Positions 12,117 through 23,866 of a stretch of DNA of 64,000 nucleotides are shown here, one piece after another. The translations under genes and the position numbers were made by a program. The DNA is from Scyliorhinus canicula. Taxonomy: Eukaryota. The stretch's first letter is position 1. Every line of letters starts with the position of its first letter. The notes under the pieces were generated by a model. That model did not search any database, was not told where the DNA came from, and saw only the letters and a list, made by a program, of their open reading frames with translations. Location of the stretch: the NCBI RefSeq assembly GCF_902713615.1, contig NC_052162.1, positions 130,534,653 through 130,598,652 of the forward strand, in the 5' to 3' direction.

Positions 12117-13206
12117 TGGAAAAAAATAATTTTAGACTACCCAATTATTTTTTCCCCCAATTAAGGGCAATTGGCATGGCGTACTCTGCACATCTTTGCG
12201 TTGTGGGGGTGAGACCCACGCAGACATGGGGAGAATGTGCAAACTCCACACGGACAGTGACCCTGAGCCAGGATCGAACCCAGGTCCTCGGCGTCTGGGG
12301 GCAGCAGTGCTAACCACTGCGCCACCGTGCTGCTCTATTGTGCGAGATATGTAAAGACAAATTTATCCTGTCTATTCAAATACTGCGTTAATATGTGATT
12401 CATTTATGTTTTTAATTTGATTGTTACTGTAAACGTTTTTAAAATGTGAAACATTTTGTTCCTGTGAGATTGTCTGAGAATTTGTTGATTCCGAGATTGT
12501 AACAACATAAATGTGTCTGATTATATATCTTGCCTATTGTATACATTATTTCTGTTTCAGTGATAATGTTCATTTATTATGATTTCTAGTCTAAGTACTG
12601 CAGTACATTACATGTTTCCAGTCATTACAGTACAGGAGTCCATTCACCAACTTGAGTCCACACCATCTCTTTGTAGAGCAATCAAGTCAGTTATTCCCCC
12701 ATTTCCCCGTAACTTTATTTCTTTCAAATGTCCATTCAGTTTCATTTTGAAATCATTATTATCTCTGCTTCCTCAATCCTCATAGGCAGAAAGGTCCAGG
12801 ACATGACCACTCACTGCCTAAATAAAGCACTTCCTCATAGTCCTAATGTACCTCTCATCAAGTAATGCAGTGCTGTATAATTTGCAGAGTTTTGATCCAC
12901 TAAGCATATATACTTTGAAATTATTCATCATCTCCACTTCCATTAGCCACATAGTAAGTAATTTTTAAAAAATAGGTTTAGAGTACCCAATTATTTTCTT
13001 TTCCAATTAAGGGGCAATTTAGCCTGGCCAGTCCACCTAACCTGCACATCTTTGGGTTGTGGAAGCGAAACCCACGCAAACACGGGGAGAACGTGCAAAC
13101 TTCACAGAATGTGCAAACTCCCCACGGACAGTGACCCAGGGCCGGGATTCAAACCCGGGTCCTCAGCGCCGTAGGCAGCAATGCTAACCACTGGGCCCTG
13201 TGCCGC
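12117..13206 (-). mobile_element. Two short A-tailed V-SINEs (12117-12333, 12962-13206) in the ZNF-B intron
   Basis: V-SINE core with imperfect flanking repeats TATTGTnnGAGATAT and ACATAGTnAGT. Confidence 0.8.
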
Positions 13207-13817
13207 CTACATAGTTAGTGAATTGACACATGCCGTTGTGCCATGGCAGGAAGCAGTGAGCATGGATTTGTTGATCAGTGCGAAGCAGCACCTTTTGCAA
13301 CTTGGGAGGATGCAGATTAGGTAAAGCAGAGTGAGAATAGAGGAATCATATGTGCAACGGCGATTTACAGCTTTTGGGGAATGAGAGAGCAAAGATATGC
13401 CAGAGAAAATGGAATTGTTTGTTCTGAATGTATATCCTGTCCTGACAATGATGACTTTGTAAACTGTTTTCACAGAATACTAGAAGGGGAGGATTTCCAT
13501 ACAGGAATCTCAAGCCAAATAGCACGTCAAGATCTGGGAGAGTCACTCGAACCATTGGGTCCTGAATATCATCAGCCTTTGATTCTGGAAAGAGAAATGT
13601 TTGTCTGTTCAATAAGTTTTAAGCATCAATGCGGCTGAAAAAGCTCTGAGACACACACACATGCGAGTGAGAGCGTTCCAGTGCAACAATTGTTGTAACA
13701 AAGTGCACAGCCAGAAAATATATTGCACCATTCACAGTCAAGAGAGACTATACACGTTTTGTATGTGTGGACGGGTTTTCAACTTCCAAACTGGGGAGAT
13801 ACAAGGACACCCGCATC

Positions 13818-14639
13818 ATGGAGAAACCGTGGAAATGTGAGGACTGTGGGAAGGGATTCCGTACCCCTTCTGCACTGGAAACTCACCGACGCACTCACAC
13901 CGGGGAGAGGCCATTCATCTGCTCCGTGTGTGGGAAGGGATTCACTCACTCATCCCATCTGTTTACACATCAGCGAGTTCACACCGGGGAGCGACCATTC
14001 ACTTGCTCTGAGTGTGGGAAGGGATTCTCTCACTCGTCCCACCTGCAGACGCACCAGCGAGTTCACACTGGGGAGAGGCCGTTCATCTGCTCCGAGTGTG
14101 GGAAGGGATTCAGCGAGTCGTCCACCCTGCAGAACCATCGCGTAGTTCACACTGGAGAGAGGCCATTCACCTGCCCTGTGTGTGAGAAGGGATTCACTCG
14201 GATAACCAACATGCTGCGACACCAGCAAGTTCACACCGGGGAGAGGCCATTCAACTGCTCGGTGTGCAAAAAGGAATTCACTCGATCAACCAGTCTGCTG
14301 ACGCACCGACGTGTTCACACTGGAGAGAGGCCGTTCAGCTGCAATGAGTGTGGAAAGGGATTCCCTAATTCATCCAACCTGTGGAAGCACCGGCGAGTTC
14401 ACACCGGGGAGAAACCGTTCACCTGCTCTCTGTGTGGGAAAGGATTCAGCGAATCGTCCCACCTGCTGAGACACCAACGGGTTCACACCGGGGAGAGGCC
14501 TTTCACCTGCTCCGAGTGTGGGAAGGTATTCGCTGATTCATCCAGCCTGCGGAGGCACCAGCGAGTTCATACTGAGGAGAGAGGCTGTTCGCCTATTCCG
14601 AGTGTGGGTACAGATTCATGGAATCGTCCAAGCTGCTGA
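13818..14639 (+). CDS. C2H2 zinc-finger protein ZNF-B, 9 intact fingers plus a frameshifted tenth
   Basis: ATG 13818 gives MEKPWKCEDC. Acceptor TTTTCACAG at ~13475. The final ERGCSPIPSV... is an out-of-frame degenerate finger. Confidence 0.9.
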   Translation: MEKPWKCEDCGKGFRTPSALETHRRTHTGERPFICSVCGKGFTHSSHLFTHQRVHTGERPFTCSECGKGFSHSSHLQTHQRVHTGERPFICSECGKGFSESSTLQNHRVVHTGERPFTCPVCEKGFTRITNMLRHQQVHTGERPFNCSVCKKEFTRSTSLLTHRRVHTGERPFSCNECGKGFPNSSNLWKHRRVHTGEKPFTCSLCGKGFSESSHLLRHQRVHTGERPFTCSECGKVFADSSSLRRHQRVHTEERGCSPIPSVGTDSWNRPSC

Positions 14640-14685
14640 GACACAGTCACACCAATTGGAGCCCTTTAGATGCTCTGACTGTGGG

Positions 14686-15330
14686 TGTTAATTGTATCAA
14701 TGGAGGTTAAGTATATATAGGTGGAGAGCATTGATTCAATGGTTGGTTACATGAGCGCGTATAAAGAGACACTTACTGACATAGCGTGAAGTTAGGAGAT
14801 ATATACCTGTAATGTTTCAATCTGTGATTAAATCTATACCAAGTAAAGACTGGCTCCAGTTTCTTCCTTCACTGTAAGACTATCAGGATTATAATAAACA
14901 GTGAATGTTTGCCTTATGATGAAGGATGGAAACTAAAAGAAAAGAACATTCCAGACAGCAGCTTACGTTCCCAGCAGCTTTTATGCGAAATGGCTGAAAG
15001 CGAGTCGAATTTGTCAGTGTCTGATTACCCGCCAATGTTCTCCGAGTCTGAACCAAACGACCAATGGAAGAACCAAGTGGAGATGTGGACACGTGTGGGT
15101 TACGAGGAAACCAGTTCTGGCCTTGACATTGTCACTTCCTGTCACTTCCGAACAAAAGTCAAATTAGAAGCCAAGTATTCTGTGAGCCGGATTACCGATA
15201 GTTGGATATTGATGGAAGGTTTGGCTCTTTTGTTCGGGCTGAATGATGAGACTATGGAAGATGGTTTAATGACAGCCTCTGACGCACAGTCAGACTTTGT
15301 CAGGTTTTGAATGAGGGTGAAAAAGTGTTC
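14686..15330 (+). mobile_element. Short LTR plus degenerate gag, Copia (GalEa-like) LTR retrotransposon relic
   Basis: TGTT start, TATAAA, ~200-bp LTR-like block. From 14990 it reads MAESE..YPPMFSESEPNDQWKNQVEMWTRV, resembling the gag N-terminus of aquatic Copia elements. Confidence 0.5.
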
Positions 15331-15911
15331 AGCAGATCCGGATATCACAACAAAGGACAGGATTGGAACAGAATCGGTGAATAAACCCGAGGAATGACGG
15401 CGGGGAAACAATTGACTCATGTTTCTGGTCTGATTCAAAATATCATCGTGTGATAGAAAATCAAGAACTTCACAGTGAGACAGAGAATTCGGAGGCTGAC
15501 AATGATGATAATCACACTGAAGGAATTGTGCGAGTCGCAAAGTTACGATCCTGGTTGGGACGGTTAACGTTTAAAGAGAAATTTGAACACCCTGTGATTA
15601 ACTGAGAGAATTATGCCATGATGTTTCATTTTTTTAAACGAAAATAAGCTTTACTATACATGTAAAATAAACTAAAATTTAAAAACCAGCATTAAGAACT
15701 GAATATATTGTCAATAAAGACTATGAACGTCATTCCACTTTTTAACCTCACCTCAAGATGTCCCTGATACTAATGATATCTTGAAGGTTCCTCACTTCTG
15801 TTCCTGGGACCACGTCAAAACTGAACTCCTCAGTCCGTGTGGGCTTCGCTGCATCCTTGCTGTGGGATTTAAACATGAAGAACATTCCTAGTTCCTACTA
15901 CACCTTCTAGT

Positions 15912-16675
15912 CCCACAGTTGGTTCACAGATCCTGCTCCCACAGCTGGTTCCCAGCTCCTGCTCCCACAGCTGGTTCCCAGCTCCTGCTCCCACAGCCGG
16001 TTCACAGCTCCTGCTCCCACAGCCGGTTCCCAGCTCCTGCTCCCACAGCTGGTTCACAGCTCCTGCTCCCACAGCTGGTTCCCAGCTCCTGCTCCCACAG
16101 CCGGTTCACAGCTCCTGCTCCCACAGCCGGTTCACAGCTCCTGCTCCCACAGCTGGTTCACAGCTCCTGCTCCCACAGCTGGTTCCCAGCTCCTGCTCCC
16201 ACAGCCGGTTCACAGCTCCTGCTCCCACAGCTGGTTTCCAGCTCCTGCTCCCACAGCTGGTTCGCAGTTCCTGCTCCCACAGCCGGTTCACAGCTCCTGC
16301 TCCCACAGCCGGTTCCCAGCTCCAGCTCCCGCAGCTGGTTCACAGCTCCAGCTCCCACAGCTGGTTCCCAGCTCCTGCTCCCACAGCCGGTTCCCAGCTC
16401 CAGCTCCCACAGCTGGTTCCCAGCTCCAGCTCCCACAGCTGGTTCACAATGATCCTGCTCCCACAAGCTGGTTCCCAGCTCCTGCTCCCACAGCCGGTTC
16501 ACAGCTCCTGCTCCCACAGCTGGTTCACAGCTCCTGCTCCCACAGCTGGTTCACAGCTCCTGCTCCCACAGCCGGTTCACAGCTCCTGCTCCCACAGCTG
16601 GTTCCCAGCTCCTGCTCCCACAGCTGGTTCACAGCTCCTGCTCCCACAGCTGGTTCACAGCTCCTGCTCCCACAG
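15912..16675. repeat. Minisatellite, 26-bp unit CAGCTCCTGCTCCCACAGCYGGTTCM, about 29 copies
   Basis: Direct tandem repeat; 26-aa (3-unit) periodicity in the spurious ORFs. Confidence 0.95.
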
Positions 16676-17285
16676 ATGACTGCTTCCAAGCTAAGTGCAG
16701 CCTGCCTGCGTTCTGTGAGAAACACCCAGAATTCCAACCAAGGCTCCAGCCTGAATCCCCATGGTAACAGATCAGTTTGCATATCCAACATTATGTAAAT
16801 TAACTTCCAGGTTCAGAACCAAACCATTTTTGAGGTCTGCATGAAGAATTCACCGCTCTAACAAAGACAGGACAATAATTGTCAGACCCACTGCCTCCAG
16901 ATCTCCAGCTAAAAGAGCCCAAGCTGCCATTTTACAGTCCTTACCCATCAAGTTTTGACTTAAGTCAACATGGACTTTTGAGGGTGTTTTTGTCAGATTC
17001 TCAACCCAGGTTTTCCATTGATCTTACATGTAAAGAAAATCCTAAACTAATTCATATTTGTAAAACAAATGTCACTGGATTTGGTTGTCATGCCCCCTTA
17101 GCAACATATATGAATTATGAAACTAGATCTTTGCAACATCATCCCAAGGAAGAAATGAAAATCTATTAACCTTGCAATATAAATTTAGAATATTACAACT
17201 TGCAACATGCTGTCAATGTCTTTAAGGGAGACCTGGGCCAACCTTTCCAGAGTCTGCATCCTCCCTGGATTCACTTCCTTTCCCT

Positions 17286-17809
17286 CAGTAAGAAGTCTTA
17301 CAACACCTGGTTAAAGTCCAACAGGTTGGTTTTGAATCACTAGCTTTCAGAGCTCTGCTCCTTCCTCAGATAATTTAAACCTGGTGTTGTAAGACTTCTT
17401 ACTGTGCTCAAGCATCTCCACATCATGGTTTCCCTTCAGTTGCTGCAAGTTACCAATTGAAGCACAGGATGACAAAAAGTATTTTACTCGCAGATGTTGG
17501 AGATAAGAGGAGGTTTTAGTTGGCGTGAAGCTCAATCTTCATTCGCACAAACCCGTGCTCTGATTGGCTGGAGGACCAGAATCTTGGGTCCTCCAACTCC
17601 TCCCTTTGATCATATCATGATGTGGAGATGCCAGCGTTGGACTACGTTGGGCACAGTAAGAAGTCTTACACCACCAGGTTAAAGTCCAACAGGTTTGTTT
17701 CAAATCACTAGCTTTCGGAGCACAGCTCCTTCCTCAGGTGAAGGAGCAGCGCTCCGAAAGTTAGTGATTTGAAACAAACCTGTTGGACTTTAACCTGGTG
17801 TTGCAAGAC
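17286..17809. mobile_element. Two Penelope pLTR inserts with inverted halves (17286-17427, 17613-17809)
   Basis: Same pLTR sequence as 39634-39760, present in both orientations. Confidence 0.8.
17706..17740 (-). ncRNA. Minimal type-I hammerhead ribozyme motif (Penelope type)
   Basis: Minus strand reads CAC-CTGAGGA-A-GGAGC-TGT-GCTCC-GAAA-GCTA-GTG: CUGANGA and GAAA cores, 5-bp helix II, CAC/GTG helix I, palindromic AGCT in place of helix III. Confidence 0.75.
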
Positions 17810-17976
17810 ATTGATTATACCAGCAGTGGTTTGAATATCTTCCGCACATGCACAGCGTCCACCCTTCCTTTGGACATGGGCAGTCTTGGGCTGTAGTGCA
17901 GTAGTGAGAGAGACAGGCTTCCAACACTTGAAGAAATGCAACTCGATTTTATTGAACTCTTAACTATCATACATAC

Positions 17977-18100
17977 TTCCCGTACCAGCCTCCCCGGACA
18001 GGCGCCGGAATGTGGCGACTAGGGGCTTTTCACTGTAACTTCATTGAAGCCTACACGTGACAATAAGCAATTTTCATTTCATTTTCATTTTCATTTTCAT
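17977..18100 (+). mobile_element. Truncated SINE with tail T2 (GGCGCCGGAATGTGGCGACTAGGGG...GTGACAATAA)
   Basis: Same tail at 27955, 30033, 30529, 39250 and 61354; ends in (TTTCA)n. Confidence 0.75.
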
Positions 18101-18292
18101 GTGGTGGATAGAGCGGTTTCCCCAGTACGGGAGCTGTGGCCGCCATTACTTAATCAGAGCCCAATCTCTAAACGCCTGGGACTTTAAATGAAAAGTGGAC
18201 ACAAATTACACGTGGAGAGTCACTGGATTTGGTTGTCATGCCCCCTTAGCAAAACAGTTCATCTTCAGGCATAAATATTTAATGTAAAATTA

Positions 18293-18460
18293 AAAACAGG
18301 AAATGCTGGATAAACGCAGCAGCTCTGGTAGCATCTGTGGAGAATGGTCAAATGGACTCTAAATGATAACTCTCTCTCCACAGATTCTACCACACCTGCC
18401 GAGTTCATCCAGCATTTCCTGTTTTTATTTTAGGTTTCCAGCATTTGCAGTATCTTGCTT
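18293..18460. mobile_element. Small palindromic repeat (probably Penelope-derived)
   Basis: AAACAGGAAATGCTGGATAAAC...TCATCCAGCATTTCCTGTTT inverted arms. Related half copy at 51289-51380. Confidence 0.6.
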
Positions 18461-18848
18461 TAATAAAGATTTAAAGAATTGGGTGACGAACTCGGGAGGA
18501 CAAGAGATGAATATAATTAAGACCCAAGAAGCCGAGCGGTAACGTGAACGTTGATTTATTTACGGTCACAAAATGTCTGCCAAGGCAGCGAATATATTTA
18601 CAGAGTACAGTCCGTTGGGACAACCAACATGCTGGTCCTTGTCAGGGTCGGCCTTTATACCAAGTTATGAGCCCGAGTAGAGCGGAAGCTCATACTCCAC
18701 GAGTCCCAAGGGAAGGTCAATCAGGGTTTCCCCGTGGGCCTCATGGTGTTATTACAAATACGAAACTGAAACCGAGAGTTAGTACCTTCAGGTGAACAGA
18801 ATTGAGGAAAAAGGACACGATACGATATAGGAGCATAAGTGGACCATT

Positions 18849-19509
18849 CTAATAATAATCTTTATTATTGTCACAATAGGCTTACATTAACACTGCAATG
18901 AAGTCACTGTGAAAATCCCCTAGTCACCACATTCCGTCCCCTGTCCGGGTCACAGAGGGAGAATTCAGAATGTTCAATTCACTTAATAGTACGTCTTTCG
19001 GGACTTGTGGAAGGAAACCGGAGCACCCGGAGGAAACCCACGCAGACACAGGGAGAACGTGCAGACTCCACATAGACAGTGTCCCAAGCCGGGAATTGAA
19101 CCCGGGTCCCTGCCGCTGTGAATCAACAGTGAATTAGAGTAACAATCTATAGGGAGGTAGAAGTGTGCGAGGGGAAAGACATTTATTGTTCGAATGGGAG
19201 AAACATACTAACCAGAATTGTCCGTTCTGATTTTCTTATCCTTTACTGACAGTGAAGACTTGATGATGTCATCCCTATCACATTCATTCATAATCTTTAA
19301 GAAAACATCTATAACTTTTTTTTAATTAAGGGGCAATTTAGCGTGGCAAATCCACCTACACTGCACATCTTTGGATTGTGGGGGTGAGACCCATGCAGAC
19401 ACGGGGAGAATGTGCAAACTCCACACGGACAGTGACCCAGGGCCGGGATCGAACATGGGTCCTCGGCGCCATGAGGCAGCAGTGCTAGCTACTCCGTCGC
19501 CGTGCCACC
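18849..19509 (-). mobile_element. V-SINE with T2 tail (18849-19131) and short A-tailed V-SINE (19315-19509)
   Basis: V-SINE core with two different 3' ends. Confidence 0.8.
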
Positions 19510-20179
19510 CATTTTCAGAGCCATACTTCGAGCCCAATGGAGGATCCCAATTTCTCCATGACAGATAGGCTCTGGAACCCCTTCAAGCCCTACGACCTTC
19601 CAAGCTCCCTTTACTCCTCCAGCTCTGAGCCTCACCCTTCACCCACATCAATCCCCCACTGTGTGCCGCAATTTCAACTGCCAGGGTCTCGATCTGTGAA
19701 ATTCTCTCCTCCTTTAAGATCATTCTAAAAATGTACTTCTTCGACCTAGCTTTAGATATCTGTAATCATTTTGAGACTGTTTACGATGTTATAGGTTCGA
19801 TATAATTGCAAGTTGTTGTTATTATTTTGCATTGGTAAGACTCAGGAATGTCACACAAACATTCTAAGTCCTGGTACAAAAATTATCTCCAGTTATTTCC
19901 AGACTGGAAACTGTGTGTCTCTCAGTTTCACTCTCAGTCAGGACCAAATCCCAGTTTTACACCAATCTCTGATCTGACAGCACATTTCCAGCATTCACCA
20001 TGGTTCTTCCTGACTCTAAACACAGTTGTAAAGGAGCTTCAGTTTCACGTCTCGGAGCTCTGAGCCATGGAAGAACGTGGCTAGGACAGATTTTTAACAC
20101 AAGATTATTCAAGATTAAACCACACATTCAGTCCTGGGTGTGCATAACAGCATCAATAACAGCAGATTCTAACCCTTAG

Positions 20180-20683
20180 TCATTTGTGAGCCTGCTGGTG
20201 TTTCAGCAGGTTAGATGGCTGAGTGAATCCCTTCCCACACAGAGAGCAGCTGAACATCACCTCAGTGTGAATTCGCCGGTGTGTCAGCAGGTTACCGAAC
20301 CTACTGAATCCCTTCCCACACACAGAACAAGTGAATGGTCTATCCCCGGTGTGAACTCGCTGGTGTGACAGCAGGTTAATTGACTGAGTGAATCCTTTCC
20401 CACACACAGAGCAGGTAAAAGGTCTCTCTCCGGTATGAGTGCGTTCGTGTATCTGCAGGTGCTGTGACCGAGTGAATCCCTTCCCGCACTCGGAACAGGT
20501 GAACGGTGTCTCCCTTTTGTGAGTACGTTGATGTCTCTGCAAGTGCCAAGAATCGGTGAATCCCTTGCCACACTCGGAACAGGCGAACGGCCTCTCCCCG
20601 GTGTGACTGCGGCGGTGAACCTCCAGCTCAGACGGGGATCTGAATCCCTTCCCACAGTCCCCACATTTCCATGGTTTCTCCAT
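20180..20683 (-). CDS. C2H2 zinc-finger protein ZNF-C, 6 fingers, 167 aa
   Basis: [10 protein letters not shown] start in ACCATGG; six fingers; ends HK-TGA; shared acceptor at ~21050. Confidence 0.88.
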   Translation of the reverse strand: MEKPWKCGDCGKGFRSPSELEVHRRSHTGERPFACSECGKGFTDSWHLQRHQRTHKRETPFTCSECGKGFTRSQHLQIHERTHTGERPFTCSVCGKGFTQSINLLSHQRVHTGDRPFTCSVCGKGFSRFGNLLTHRRIHTEVMFSCSLCGKGFTQPSNLLKHQQAHK

Positions 20684-21648
20684 GGTGCCAGCGACTTTGT
20701 GTCTCTCCAGGCTGGACGATTTGTTGAACTTTCATCCACACGCAGAGCATGTGACCAGAATTTCTCTCCTCTGTGAATGGTGTAATTTTTTTTCAGGCTC
20801 TGTAACTGGATAAAGCTCTTTGCAGAGTCAATTCACTGGAACACCCTCACTCGGGTTTGTGTGTTTCTGCGCTTTTCCAGCCGCCACTGATGTTTGAAAT
20901 TGTTTCCCACTGATAGACAGCTGCACGTTTCTCCTTCTACATTCAAAGGCTGCTAATATTTAGATCCTCATGGATTGAGTGACTCGGTCAGATCATGTCA
21001 CGGTGTTCGATTTGAGTTTCCTGTCAGGAAATCCTCCCCTTCTATTATCCTGTAAAAGGAGTTTACTTAAGTCATTACTCAGTATAGTACAGAAATTGCA
21101 AACACACTGTACTAATTCCTGTGGATTTCCACCCCCCCCCCCCCCCCCCCCCCCCCAAGTTGTAAATCCCACACCACACCTCTCCTTACTCCCTGGGCTG
21201 AAATTCAAACCCATCTGCAATTTTACTTTCCTCCCTTCCCAGTTTTTTCACTCTTTCTACTCTGGGTGGGTTCCGTTATCCAGCCCCTCTGCACAGAGAC
21301 AATAAAAATCAACAAATTAATCATTTTCTCCCCTGGTCATGGGGACCCTATTGGTGACAGTCCCCCAAATGATCAGATTCCTCCAGGTCAATTTCAGAAC
21401 CGTTTTGTTGTAGATCCTATCACAATCCCTCTTCCTGTTTTCAACACGGCTCTAATTCAGGTCCCGAGTCCTGCACCAGGTGTTGGTGAAACCTCCCAGA
21501 ATCACAAGACTTGTTCAGGCACAGAAGGCGGCCATTTGGCCTGTCGTGTCTGCGTCTGCTCTTCAAATGAGCATCATGACTTAGTGCCATCCATCTGACT
21601 TTTCCCCATGTACCCCTGCACATTGTTTCTATTCAAGTAATTTTATGA

Positions 21649-21985
21649 GTGGCATGGTCGCACAGTGATTAGCATCATTGCTTCACAGTTCCAGGGTCCC
21701 AGGTTCGATTCCCGGCTTGGGTCACTGTCTGTGCGGAGTCTGCACGTTCTCCCCGTGTCTGCGTGGGTTTCCTCCGGGTGCTCCGGTTTCCTCCCACAGT
21801 CCAAAGCTGTGCAGGTTAGGTGGATTGGCTATGCTAAACAAAATTGATTTTGGTGTCCAAAAAAGGTTAGGTGGGGTTACTGGGAACTGGTGGAGGTGTG
21901 GGATTAAGTAGGGTTCTCTTTCCAAGGGCCAGTGCAGACTCAATGGGCCGATTGGCCTCTTTCTGCACGATAAAGTCTATGACTC
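21649..21985 (+). mobile_element. HE1/V-SINE-type SINE
   Basis: Head, core and CR1-like tail. Confidence 0.85.
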
Positions 21986-22199
21986 TATGATAATCATCGA
22001 ATACCCTCTTGAATGCCTCAATTGAAGCTGCATCCACCACCCTTCCAGGCAGTGCATTCCAGACCCCCAACCAACTCGTTGTCCTCTCCAGCACTCGACC
22101 CTTTTGCACCCGCTGCGGGTTTCTGATCAGTGAATTGACCTGAATGATTTCCTGGGTTTCTCTCCACAGCCACTTTCGAATCTGCTGGGGCTTCCCACC

Positions 22200-22870
22200 A
22201 GACCACCTGCCTTCTTCCGGCTTCAGCTCTGCGCATGCTTCAATCACAGCGGACACCGCCCCTCATTCACTCAGATTGCTTGGAGGACCAGCCGCCCCCG
22301 CTCGGTCCTCCAGCCCTGCCCCTCTTCCTATTGGTCCAGACAGCCGTCAATCACCAGTGTAGTGAGCTGGAGCATGCTCAGTGCAGAAGGTATGTCTCGT
22401 CGGAGCTCGCTGTGCTGAGAAACAGGTGTGTGTGTGTGGTGTGGGGGGGGGGCGGGGCGGTAGACGAGCCTGCGGGATGGGTTCAGAGGCTTCATAGCCA
22501 GATGTCAGAGCTTGGCCGCCAGTAATAATTCCCCCCCCCCCCCCCCCAAATGTTGAACCAGATGCACCTGGTCAGGTTTGGTCAAATGAACTCGGCGAGC
22601 GGCCGCCATCTTTCTGGTGAAAGGCCTGACATGCGTAGCGGCCTGACGTATGCGTAGCCAATGAGGGCGATCTGGGCTCAAGAGTCCCGCCCGTCATTCA
22701 CACGGATTGGGCGGAGGACCAGTCACTCCAGTTCGGTCATCCAGCTCCGCCTCTTCTTTCCATTGGTCTTCAGTTGCCGTCAATCACCAGGGCATTGTGA
22801 GGTCACAGCCGATTCAGGAACAGCCGCTGAGACAACTGGGCTTCCTCTTGTATGGATTGGATTTGTTGAT
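22200..22870. promoter_or_regulatory. CpG-rich putative bidirectional promoter P2
   Basis: NRF1-like TGCGCATGC (22230), CCAAT boxes, YY1 GCCGCCATCTT (22602), two copies of the GGAGGACC..GGTCCTCC module. Lies between ZNF-C and ZNF-D. Confidence 0.7.
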
Positions 22871-22960
22871 TGTCACCTGTGGGGAGGGGCAGTGAAAAGT
22901 ATCGAGCAGCTCAAACAGATGATTTAGTACATGAAAATAAAAAGAAAATATATAATGGAA

Positions 22961-23790
22961 TCATAGAATAGAATTTACAATGCAGCAGGAGGCCATTCGG
23001 CCCATCAAGTCTGCACCGGCCCTTATAAAGAGCACCCTACTGAAGCCCACGTATCTACCATATTCCAGTAACCCCCACTTAACATTTTTTGGACACTAAG
23101 GGCAATTTCTCATGGCCAATCCACCTAACCCGCATATCTCTGGAATGTGGGAGGAAACCAGAGCACCCGGAGGAAACCCACGCTGACACGGGGAGAACGT
23201 TCAGACTCCGCATAGACAGTGACCCAGCCGGGGTCTCTGGAGCTGTGAAGCAACTATGCTAACCACTGTGCTACCGTGCTTCCCCGGGGAAACACAAGGT
23301 ACATACTGTAAATACATAGACATCAGCATCGGGTGAAGCGTAAAGGGGCGTGGTATTAATCAGGTCAGTCCATAAGAGGGTCACTTAGGAGTCTGGTAAC
23401 AGCAGGGAAGAAGCTATTTTTGAATCTGTTTGTGCGTGTTCTCAGACATTTGTATCTCCTGCCCAATGGAAGAAGTTGGAAGAGTGAGTAAGCCGGGTGG
23501 GAGGGGTCTTTGATTATGCTGCCCGCTTTCCCCAGGCAGCGGGCGGTGTAGATGGAGGCAATGGATGAGAGGCAGGTTTGTGTGATGGACTGGGCTGTGT
23601 TCATGACTCTGTAGTTTCTTACAGTCTTGGGCCGGGCAGTTGCCATACCAGGCTGTGGTGCAGCTAGATAGGATGCTTTCTATGGTGCATATGTAAAAGT
23701 TGGTAAGAGTTAATGTGGACATGCCAAATTTCCTTAGTTTCCTGTGCTTTCTTGGTGGCAGCGTCAACGTGGGTGGATCAGGACAGGTTT
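22961..23790 (-). mobile_element. V-SINE (22961-23285) abutting a Rex1/Babar LINE 3' fragment (23290-23790)
   Basis: Translation FYICTIESILSSCTTAWYGNC, homologous to 35263-35853. Confidence 0.8.
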
Positions 23791-23866
23791 TTGGTGGTGC
23801 TAATGCAGAGGCCGCAAACTCGGATTTAATAACCCGCAGAGGGGACAATAAATCAGAGATGGAGAT

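Noticed and set aside
10800-13470. KRAB or SCAN exon upstream of the finger exons
   Set aside because: No VTFEDV/LYRDVMLENY or SCAN-like translation in any listed frame; very short exons cannot be excluded.
13723-14234. Overlapping ORFs on alternative frames and strands of ZNF genes
   Set aside because: Shadow frames of the finger repeat (also at 9658, 20284, 52631, 56367).
15912-16675. CRISPR-like array or repetitive protein (177-aa ORF)
   Set aside because: No unique spacers, eukaryotic context; the ORFs are by-products of a stop-free 26-bp unit.
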